The notes below the pieces were generated by a model, which ran no database searches, was not told the DNA's origin, and saw nothing but the letters and a program-made list of their open reading frames with translations. Shown piece after piece: positions 20,838-27,321 of a DNA stretch of 27,321 nt (within the stretch, counting starts at the first letter, position 1; every line of letters begins with the position of its first letter). Source of the stretch: an uncultured beta proteobacterium (GTDB taxonomy: Bacteria > Pseudomonadota > Gammaproteobacteria > Burkholderiales > Rhodocyclaceae); the NCBI GenBank assembly GCA_903953145.1, contig CAJBIL010000077.1, positions 1 through 27,321 on the forward strand. Reading direction: 5' to 3'. Made by a program: the position numbers and the translations under genes.

Positions 20838-21158
20838 TTAGCGTTGTTTGGACAGGTAGTCCGCGATCAGGCGGATTTGTGCATCCGAGTAGCCTCGCGC
20901 ATGCATGTCCATCATTTTTGGCGGCACTTTGCTGCGCATCTCGCGTAGTTCGTTATAAATCTCGGATGATGATGAGCCGGCGAGTCGCTCAAAACCGATA
21001 TTTGATTTTCCATTGTTGCCATGGCACTGAAAGCAGTTCGAGGCCAATAGGCGACCTGCGGGTGGGGCTGCCGACGTTGTTTGAGCCGTAACGCAGGTGC
21101 TGGCCAGGGCGAACGGGAGCCAGAGCAAGACCCGCAAGCGCATTGTTTTTTGATTCAT
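20838..21158 (-). CDS. fccA: Monoheme c-type cytochrome, FccA-like subunit (106 aa)
   Basis: Sec signal, single CFQCH heme motif, distal MMDMHARG. ATG 21158 has a GGAGG RBS; the longer ORF-track start (21332) overlaps the divergent kinase. Confidence 0.85.
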   Translation of the reverse strand: MNQKTMRLRVLLWLPFALASTCVTAQTTSAAPPAGRLLASNCFQCHGNNGKSNIGFERLAGSSSSEIYNELREMRSKVPPKMMDMHARGYSDAQIRLIADYLSKQR

Positions 21159-21261
21159 GATGAACCTCCGAAGTTGTTTCAAGGTTTGATTGACTGCTTT
21201 TGCAAGACTCCTGGCCGGACTTGCAGGTCGAATATTCGTCGTTCGCAATATTTCTGACAGC

Positions 21262-21279
21262 TGTCGTCTACACCCGACA
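21262..21279. promoter_or_regulatory. GlrR(QseF)-type binding site TGTC-N10-GACA
   Basis: Exact TGTC-gtctacaccc-GACA in the fccA/glrK intergenic region, with an extra GACA half-site at 21256-21259; matches the motif described for enterobacterial GlrR. Confidence 0.55.
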
Positions 21280-21307
21280 CTTTTGTTGGCGCACGGTCTG
21301 GCATACG

Positions 21308-22753
21308 ATGGCGGCCATGAAACGTTATCCACGCTCCTTTCTGCAGCTGATCACCTTCGGCCATATCCTGTTTGCGCTCCCTTTGTTGATCGCATCGGGC
21401 TATGTTTTTTTCACGCTGCAAGTCCTCAACAGCCACTACCGGGCCGCTATTGAACACGCCTCGGTTTCTTCGCGCTTAAGTGGCGAGCTGGAGGAGGATC
21501 TTCTGCACATGGAGCGCAACCTGCGTCGATATGTCGTGCTGAAGGACGCAGAGTCGCTGAATGATTACGTGGCGGTGCGTACGGAATGGCAAGGGCATGT
21601 CGGTACCTTTTCCCGACTCTCGCCTTTGCCTGAACAAATCCTCAATGAGATCCAAGCCCAGTTAGCGCTTGAAAATGATGCTTTTGTCGTGCTGAGAGAC
21701 ACGGGTAGCTCACAGCGTTTGCAAGGGGTTATCGACGAACTCAAGCTGCGATCACAGAACTCGCTTGACGAGGCCAGACTGATCATGGAAAGCCAGCAGG
21801 AGCAATTCCTCAAGGACTCGGATGCCTTGAGTACCCGCCTCATGCTGGCAGCGGGCAGTTCCGTCCTAATTGCCTTTTGCTGTTTATGGGCAATCAGAAA
21901 ACTGCTGGCGCGTCTTATTGGTCGTTTTGAGCGGGCTTTGCTCCGATTGGGCAAAGGGGATTTGCAACAAGCAATCGAACTTGATGGACCCGGTGATTTG
22001 CGCTGGCTCGGACGTTGGCTGGAATGGCTTAGAAAACGCTTGCTCTCGCTTGAAGAAGGCCGCGCTCAAGTATTACGCCATGTTTCACATGAGTTAAAGA
22101 CACCGTTGGCCGCGATGCATGAGGGCGCTTCTCTGCTGGCGGAAGAGATTTCCGGCCCATTGACGCCTGACCAAAGACGGATCGTTAGCATATTGCAGAG
22201 CAATTCAAGGCGCTTGCAGGATCTCATTGAAGGATTGCTCCGCCTGCAACAGGCGGGGCATGCGGCAGAGCGCATTGGTTTTGAAGTCGTGCGTTTTGAT
22301 TTGACGATTGAGCAGGTGCTTGAAACCTGCCGTCTGATTGCCGGTGAACGACGCATTCAGTTTCAGTGCGTGCATTCTGAAACTGAGATCGTTGCAGGGC
22401 GAGAAGCACTGATGACCATCGTCCATAATTTGCTATCAAACGCCATCAAGTTCTCACCTGATGGTGGCTGTGTTTCCATCGCCCTTGTCCAGGATGGCGA
22501 AAAGGTCATATTCGATGTCATTGATCAGGGCGCAGGTGTCCCTGAGACGGATAAATTACAAATATTTGAACCGTTCTATCGTAGCGCTGCTTCCCGCCAC
22601 GTTGCCGGCATCGGCCTGGGTCTCGCAATTGCTCGCGAATTCGTGCTGGCACATCGCGGTGAACTTTTGCTCATAGATTCACCAACTGGCGCGCATTTTC
22701 GAGTTGTTTTGCCTTTGTCCGCGCCTTATTTGAGAATTCAACCGGATGTTTAA
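21308..22753 (+). CDS. glrK: GlrK/QseE-like sensor histidine kinase
   Basis: Two TMs; HAMP ending GPGDLRWLGRWLEWLRKRL; H-box HVSHELKTPLAAMHEGASLLAEEISGPLTPDQ, close to the GlrK-type SHELKTPL..EG..LL....GPLTPEQ; NLLSNAIKFSP; DQGAG; GIGLGL. Start is ATG 21308 or 21317. Confidence 0.85.
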   Translation: MAAMKRYPRSFLQLITFGHILFALPLLIASGYVFFTLQVLNSHYRAAIEHASVSSRLSGELEEDLLHMERNLRRYVVLKDAESLNDYVAVRTEWQGHVGTFSRLSPLPEQILNEIQAQLALENDAFVVLRDTGSSQRLQGVIDELKLRSQNSLDEARLIMESQQEQFLKDSDALSTRLMLAAGSSVLIAFCCLWAIRKLLARLIGRFERALLRLGKGDLQQAIELDGPGDLRWLGRWLEWLRKRLLSLEEGRAQVLRHVSHELKTPLAAMHEGASLLAEEISGPLTPDQRRIVSILQSNSRRLQDLIEGLLRLQQAGHAAERIGFEVVRFDLTIEQVLETCRLIAGERRIQFQCVHSETEIVAGREALMTIVHNLLSNAIKFSPDGGCVSIALVQDGEKVIFDVIDQGAGVPETDKLQIFEPFYRSAASRHVAGIGLGLAIAREFVLAHRGELLLIDSPTGAHFRVVLPLSAPYLRIQPDV

Positions 22754-22762
22754 CTCTTCGCC

Positions 22763-23077
22763 ATGTTAAAAAATATCGTGTTATTTGCGGCTGTTTTAGC
22801 TTTGAGCGGTTGTGCCTCAAACAACGCTAAGCAAGCCGATCAAGTCATCGTTTTTGAGCCGGCACCGGGCAACCCGCGTTCAGCCCTTGATGTCCAGAAA
22901 ATTGCCGAGTTGGAAAAGCAGCTTGCTGAGCGGCAACGTCAATGTCAGGCAGAAAAACGTCGTTTAGAACTCGCCCTTAAAGACAATCAGAAACAGAGTG
23001 ATGAACTACAGAAGAAACTTGATTCGCTCTTGGCCATTGACCGTGAGCTTCGGGGTCGGGCAAAAGTAGCTAAATGA
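22763..23077 (+). CDS. Small lipoprotein, minimal QseG(YfhG)-like
   Basis: Lipobox LSGC; C-terminal coiled coil ending ELQKKLDSLLAIDREL, similar to the QseG tail (RKLENLTDIERQL as I recall it); lies between glrK and glrR. Confidence 0.7.
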   Translation: MLKNIVLFAAVLALSGCASNNAKQADQVIVFEPAPGNPRSALDVQKIAELEKQLAERQRQCQAEKRRLELALKDNQKQSDELQKKLDSLLAIDRELRGRAKVAK

Positions 23078-24411
23078 GTGATGGCGCAAAAATTCTGATC
23101 GTCGATGACGATCTGGATATGCTGCACCTGATGGGCATGAGACTCAGTGCAGCCGGCTATCAGGTTAGTTCGGCAGAATCAGGCGAAGCCGCATTAATCA
23201 GTTTTCACCGCAATCGTCCGCAAGTTGTGGTTACTGATTTGCGCATGGGCGAGATGGACGGGTTGGCGTTATTCGAGCATTTGCAGGCCAAAGCGCCGAC
23301 CATGCCCGTTATCATTTTGACCGCCCACGGCACGATACCGGATGCAGTTGCTGCAACCCGGCGTGGCGTTTTTAGTTTCTTGACCAAGCCGTTTGATGGT
23401 CAGGAACTTTTGCGCCGAGTCGCCGATGCCATAAGGCTTTCCCCGACGCTGGACCCTGAGCAGAGTTCCGCGCATTGGCGAAAAGACTTAATCACCTCCA
23501 GTGTGCGTATGGAAGACTTGCTGCGTCAGGCTTTGCGCATCAGTGAAGAGAACACTAGCGCACTCCTGGTCGGGCCCAAAGGATCAGGCAAGACCACTTT
23601 GGTGCACGCAATTCAGCAGGCCGGAAAACGGCCAAATGGACCGTTTGTATGCTTGTCGTGTACAGATTTCCCGGCAGCAACTCTCGTAGAAATGTTGTCA
23701 CCAGCCAGTGCTGATAACGCATATACCCAGTCAGCCGGCGGCATGCTTTATTTAAAAGACATCGGCGCCTTGTCTCTCATCGCGCAAGCCCGCCTTTTTT
23801 CTGTGCTCTTTGCTCAGATGCAGGCCAAAGACCCTTTGAGCCGGCTTAAGTCGGGCACGCAGCAGAGTAGCGTTCCCGATGTGCAAATTATTGCTTCAAG
23901 TCCCCGGCCACTTGATTCGGCTGTCGCAGAGGGTGAGTTTCGCAGCGATCTCTTTTATTTGTTGAGTCGGATGACTCTGTTAATTCCGCCGTTAAGCGAG
24001 CGTAGTGAAGACATCCCCCCACTTGTGCAACATTTCCTGTTTCAAATTCAACCCAATGCAAATCTCTCCCTTGCCCCGGAGGCGCTGGCGGCTTTGTTGG
24101 ATGGACGCTGGCCCGGAAACGTACGGCAATTAAAGAATGTTCTGGAGCAGGCTTCCAAAATGAATCTGACGCCAATAATCACTGAATCTTCAATTCGGCG
24201 GGTAATGCGAGATCTCGAAGAGGACGATCTCGCTGCCTTTGATGATGCTCGCCGCGAATTTGAGCGGGATTATCTTTTGCGATTGCTCCAGATAACTGCC
24301 GGCAATGTTTCGCAAGCGGCGCGGGTGGCGCAGCGCAACCGGACTGAGTTCTACAAGCTACTGGCTCGGCACGGGCTTGATCCCATAAGTTTCAAACAAA
24401 AATTTCGGTAA
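23074..24411 (+). CDS. glrR: GlrR/QseF-like response regulator with degenerate AAA+ domain (REC-AAA+-Fis HTH)
   Basis: REC DLRMGEMDG..VIILTAHGTIPDAVAAT..GVFSFLTKP and HTH LLQITAGNVSQAARVAQRNRTEFYKLL closely match GlrR; WPGNVRQL is retained; GAFTGA is absent. Confidence 0.87.
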   Translation: MSDGAKILIVDDDLDMLHLMGMRLSAAGYQVSSAESGEAALISFHRNRPQVVVTDLRMGEMDGLALFEHLQAKAPTMPVIILTAHGTIPDAVAATRRGVFSFLTKPFDGQELLRRVADAIRLSPTLDPEQSSAHWRKDLITSSVRMEDLLRQALRISEENTSALLVGPKGSGKTTLVHAIQQAGKRPNGPFVCLSCTDFPAATLVEMLSPASADNAYTQSAGGMLYLKDIGALSLIAQARLFSVLFAQMQAKDPLSRLKSGTQQSSVPDVQIIASSPRPLDSAVAEGEFRSDLFYLLSRMTLLIPPLSERSEDIPPLVQHFLFQIQPNANLSLAPEALAALLDGRWPGNVRQLKNVLEQASKMNLTPIITESSIRRVMRDLEEDDLAAFDDARREFERDYLLRLLQITAGNVSQAARVAQRNRTEFYKLLARHGLDPISFKQKFR

Positions 24412-24415
24412 TTGC

Positions 24416-25771
24416 CTAATTCAAGTCTGTGGATTGAGGCATCACTTGCCGGTAAAGTCGAAGGTAGCGTTCGTCGGCTTGTTTCAGGCGTTCGGTAGCC
24501 AACCGGAAAAATATCTGTAGCATTTTGGATTGCAGTGCGGGAGATGCTTCACGAAGACGTGCGTAGGCCCATTTGCCAATCGTGCTTTCAGTTGCTGCGA
24601 CCACGGTGGCGGCACGCGGTGAGGGCTGCTCTTCAGCAAAAGCGAGTTCGCCGAATAGCGTTCCGGTATCCAGCAGGGCGATTAATTTTCCTTGTTGCAG
24701 TACACGGGCTTCGCCTTTGAGCAGGAGATAGCATGAGCGTGCGTTTCCACCTTCTCGCAAAAACACGGTTTTTGTCGGGACTTTTCGCCACTGAGAGATG
24801 CGTAGCAGCTCCCACAATTGGGCGTCGTTGAGCGAATTGAGCAAAGGCAGATGGCGTAGCTGATCATAAAGTTCGGCTTCGGCCGGGCGTTCTTCAGCGG
24901 ATGACTGTGCGATGGATGCACTGGCGCAGTGGGCGGTCAGTGCCGAAAGTACGGCCGGCCAGTTGGCGAAGCGATCTTCGAGGTTGCGCGCCAGCATCTT
25001 GTCGAGTAACGGATTGAGGCTCTCCGGTAGATCGGGACGGAAACTGGTCAACTGCTTTCGTTCTCCGTGCAAAATTTTATACATCAGCGATGCCTGATCG
25101 GGCGCATCAAAAAGATGTTTGCCAGTTAGCAGTTGATGCATGACAACGCCGAGTGCATAAATGTCGGCTTGTGGCGTTACCCATTGGCGAAATAGCTCGG
25201 GCGCCATGAAGGCCAGTGAGCCAATATCCATCACCTGGGTCGATGATTCATCGCGTGACCAGTACGCCGCACCGAAATCGCAGACTTTCGCTTCGCCGGG
25301 TCCGACGTACTGTAGATTGGCGGGTTTGATATCGCGATGGACGATGCCGGCGCGGCAGGCATAATCAAGCGCGCTGGCGCATTTGTAGGCGATCTCCAGG
25401 ACCTCGGTAATGGGCTTCAGGTTGTCTGGCGTTGTATAAGGCTCGAGTGTGCCATTGGGTAGATATTCCATGACCAGGTAGGCGGTATCGTCGCCAAAAC
25501 CAGCATCGAATACCTCGACGATATAAGGATGGTGGAGGCTGCCCGCCATGTGTACTTCGTTTAGCCAGGCTTTGCGTACAAGGGCTTGGTCCGGGTCTTT
25601 ACGGAATATCTGCGGATGTGCGACCTTGAGCGCCACTTCGCGTTGCGCGAAGGTGTCCCAACCGAGAAAAACGGTCCCTGTCGCGCCACGCCCGAGTTCA
25701 CCGCGCACTTCGTAGCGCTGGCTGAGTCCGGCGGGAAGCTTTATTTCGGATGGCGTTTTTTTGTCTGACAT
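24416..25771 (-). CDS. Hanks-type Ser/Thr protein kinase with C-terminal cyclic-nucleotide-binding domain
   Basis: LGRGATGTV, VALK, HRDIKPAN, DFG, APE, DIYALG; CNB domain FLREG..LLKGEARV..LFGELAF..PRAATVVA. Start is ATG 25771 or 25804. Confidence 0.92.
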   Translation of the reverse strand: MSDKKTPSEIKLPAGLSQRYEVRGELGRGATGTVFLGWDTFAQREVALKVAHPQIFRKDPDQALVRKAWLNEVHMAGSLHHPYIVEVFDAGFGDDTAYLVMEYLPNGTLEPYTTPDNLKPITEVLEIAYKCASALDYACRAGIVHRDIKPANLQYVGPGEAKVCDFGAAYWSRDESSTQVMDIGSLAFMAPELFRQWVTPQADIYALGVVMHQLLTGKHLFDAPDQASLMYKILHGERKQLTSFRPDLPESLNPLLDKMLARNLEDRFANWPAVLSALTAHCASASIAQSSAEERPAEAELYDQLRHLPLLNSLNDAQLWELLRISQWRKVPTKTVFLREGGNARSCYLLLKGEARVLQQGKLIALLDTGTLFGELAFAEEQPSPRAATVVAATESTIGKWAYARLREASPALQSKMLQIFFRLATERLKQADERYLRLYRQVMPQSTDLN

Positions 25772-25842
25772 TTCGTTAGCGCACCGTAAGTTTTCCAGTG
25801 CCATGTTAGCGAAATGATTGACGCTTGCGTAGCAAGCTTGAT

Positions 25843-25907
25843 TTATTCTATTTTGGAATAAGCAAATAAAAAAACAAACTTTGGTGTTCTATAGGTGTTG
25901 GTTATAG
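25843..25907 (+). promoter_or_regulatory. AT-rich sbp promoter region with two LysR-type (T-N11-A) inverted repeats, candidate CysB sites
   Basis: TTATTC-N7-GAATAA at 25843-25861 and CTATA-N9-TATAG at 25889-25907, upstream of the sulfate transporter. The CysB assignment is inference from the regulated gene. Confidence 0.4.
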
Positions 25908-25941
25908 TAGGCACCTTTCTGTGATTAATAGAGGCGCTTTG

Positions 25942-26943
25942 ATGAACAAACTGTCGCGTAGGCTTGCTGTTGCCCTGATTGCTGCAACTTTCTCTTTGCC
26001 AGTATTTGCCGAAGGTAGTTTGCTCAACGTTTCTTACGATGTAGCGCGCGACTTTTACAAGGATTACAACCCGATGTTCCAGAAATACTGGACAGCCAAA
26101 TCGGGCGAGAGTATCGAGCTGAAGCAATCGCACGCGGGGTCGAGCAAGCAGGTGCGTGCCGTAGCCGACGGGCTGGAGGCGGATGTGGTGACGATGAATC
26201 AGGCGTCCGACGTTGATTTTCTGGCAGACAAAGGCCTGGTCGCCAAGGATTACGCAAAGAAATTCCCGACCAATGCGTCGCCCTATACCTCGACGATGGT
26301 TTTTATCGTCCGCAAGGGCAACCCGAAAGCGATCAAGGACTGGGGCGATCTTGCACAGCCCGGCATGCAGGTGATTTTGCCGCATCCGAAAAGCACCGGT
26401 AACGGGCGTTACAGCTATCTGGCTGCCTGGGGCTATGCGCTCAAGCAGCCAAACGGCAATGATAAAAGTGCGCAGGAGTTTGTTGGCAAGGTATTGAAAA
26501 ATGCCCCGCTGTTTGCCGCCGGTGGTCGTGATGCGACGACTACTTTTATGCAGCGCAAGATCGGTGATGTTCTGGTTTCGTTTGAGAGCGAAGCCGAGCT
26601 GATTGCCCGCGAATTCGGCAAGGGCGAGTTTGAAGTCGTCTATCCGTCGTTGTCGATTCTCACCGAATTCCCGGTGGCCATTGTTGATAAGGTGGTCGAC
26701 AAGAAAGGCACGCGCAAACAGGCGCAGGCTTATCTTGATTACCTGTGGTCAAAAGAGGGGCAGGAGAATGCCGCGCAAAACTACCTGCGTCCGCGTGATG
26801 CCGACTTGCTTAAAAAATACGCAGCACAGTTTCCTGTGATCAAGACATTTACGGTTGATGAAGTCTTTGGCGGCTGGAGTAAGGCCTTTCCTGCGCACTT
26901 TAAGGATGGCGGCAGTTTCGACCAGATTTATTCACAGAAGTAA
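25942..26943 (+). CDS. sbp: Sulfate/thiosulfate ABC transporter substrate-binding protein
   Basis: Signal peptide ending VFA; LLNVSYDVAR, QSHAGSSKQ, SPYTSTMVFIVRKGNPKAIKDWGDL, PKSTGNGRY, GGRDATTTF, GDVLVSFESEA, HFKDGGSFDQIY. ATG 25942 preferred over GTG 25921. Confidence 0.95.
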   Translation: MNKLSRRLAVALIAATFSLPVFAEGSLLNVSYDVARDFYKDYNPMFQKYWTAKSGESIELKQSHAGSSKQVRAVADGLEADVVTMNQASDVDFLADKGLVAKDYAKKFPTNASPYTSTMVFIVRKGNPKAIKDWGDLAQPGMQVILPHPKSTGNGRYSYLAAWGYALKQPNGNDKSAQEFVGKVLKNAPLFAAGGRDATTTFMQRKIGDVLVSFESEAELIAREFGKGEFEVVYPSLSILTEFPVAIVDKVVDKKGTRKQAQAYLDYLWSKEGQENAAQNYLRPRDADLLKKYAAQFPVIKTFTVDEVFGGWSKAFPAHFKDGGSFDQIYSQK

Positions 26944-26957
26944 AATAGCGTTTTTAG

Positions 26958-26989
26958 CGGGCGCTGCCGTGCAGGTGGCGCCCGTTTTT
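26958..26989 (+). terminator. GC-rich hairpin plus T-run between sbp and cysT (terminator/attenuator or mRNA stabiliser)
   Basis: CGGGCGCTGCC-gtgca-GGTGGCGCCCG (11-bp stem, two G-U pairs) followed by TTTTT. Confidence 0.6.
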
Positions 26990-27015
26990 ATTGATTGAGA
27001 TCGATTGAATCACTG

Positions 27016-27321
27016 ATGGTTGCTGCGCTTTTTAATCACCGTCGCTCGCGTGTCCTGCCCGGGTTTAGTCTCGGGCTTGGCTACACGCTGGTCTATCTTT
27101 CGATCCTGATTTTGTTGCCGCTCTCCGGGCTGATCTTCAAGGCCAGTTCGTTGAGTTTCGCAGAGTTTTGGGATATTGCGACCGGCGCACGGGCGCTTGC
27201 TTCTTATCGCGTGACATTCGGGGCGTCGCTGCTGGCGGCGGGGATCAATGCTTTTTTTGGGCTGATCGTCGCCTGGATTCTGGTGCGCTACAGCTTTCCC
27301 GGTAAACGGTTTGTTGATGCG
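27016..27321 (+). CDS. cysT: Sulfate ABC transporter permease CysT (CysU), 3'-truncated by the window edge; missing from the ORF track
   Basis: My translation from ATG 27016: MVAALFNHRRSRVLPGFSLGLGYTLVYLSILILLPLSGL..ALASYRVTFGASLLAAGINAFFGLIVAWILVRYSFPGKRFVDA, the typical CysT N-terminus; open to the end of the window. Confidence 0.93.
   Translation, partial: MVAALFNHRRSRVLPGFSLGLGYTLVYLSILILLPLSGLIFKASSLSFAEFWDIATGARALASYRVTFGASLLAAGINAFFGLIVAWILVRYSFPGKRFVDA

Noticed and set aside
21159-21332. N-terminal extensions of fccA (to 21332) and glrK (from 21200) in the ORF track
   Set aside because: They would overlap each other head-to-head. Downstream ATGs give a proper RBS or signal/TM placement and leave a regulatory intergenic region.
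21800-24411. Impression of lower GC in the glrK-glrR block suggesting horizontal transfer
   Set aside because: Only spot-checked (one 60-mer at a gene start, 38% GC, where low GC is normal). No integrase, tRNA or direct repeats are present; a sliding-window calculation is needed.
25843-26385. 180-aa minus-strand ORF
   Set aside because: Antisense shadow of the clearly identified sbp gene and its promoter; no recognisable motif.

Overview
Gene-dense bacterial chromosomal window. The gene set and moderately high GC suggest a betaproteobacterium; this is inference, not tested. It has five blocks. (1) 1-10963 (+): a signalling island with a 5'-truncated multi-PAS histidine kinase, a 1420-aa membrane hybrid kinase (MCP-like sensor/HAMPs-GAF-PAS-HisKA-HATPase-REC-REC-Hpt), a REC-HD-GYP phosphodiesterase, a REC-PAS-'DHp' protein whose phospho-His is replaced by Glu and which has no ATPase domain, an orphan PhnD-like periplasmic binding protein, and a HAMP-PAS kinase paralogous to the first. 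(2) 10903-19363 (-): an 11-gene T2SS/type IV pilus hybrid operon (gspG-F-E, PilM/N/O/P-like genes, lipo-secretin, three minor pilins). (3) 19516-21158 (-): a flavocytochrome c sulfide dehydrogenase-like pair whose flavoprotein lacks the usual FAD-attachment Cys. (4) 21308-24411 (+): a divergent glrK / mini-qseG / glrR-like operon. Its regulator has lost the sigma54-contacting GAFTGA loop and key ATPase residues, while an exact GlrR-type TGTC-N10-GACA site sits in the shared intergenic region. (5) A Ser/Thr kinase-cNMP fusion (-) and the start of a sulfate ABC transporter operon (sbp, cysT). No rRNA, tRNA, CRISPR array or intact mobile element was seen. All domain calls come from motif recognition by eye; no database search was run.
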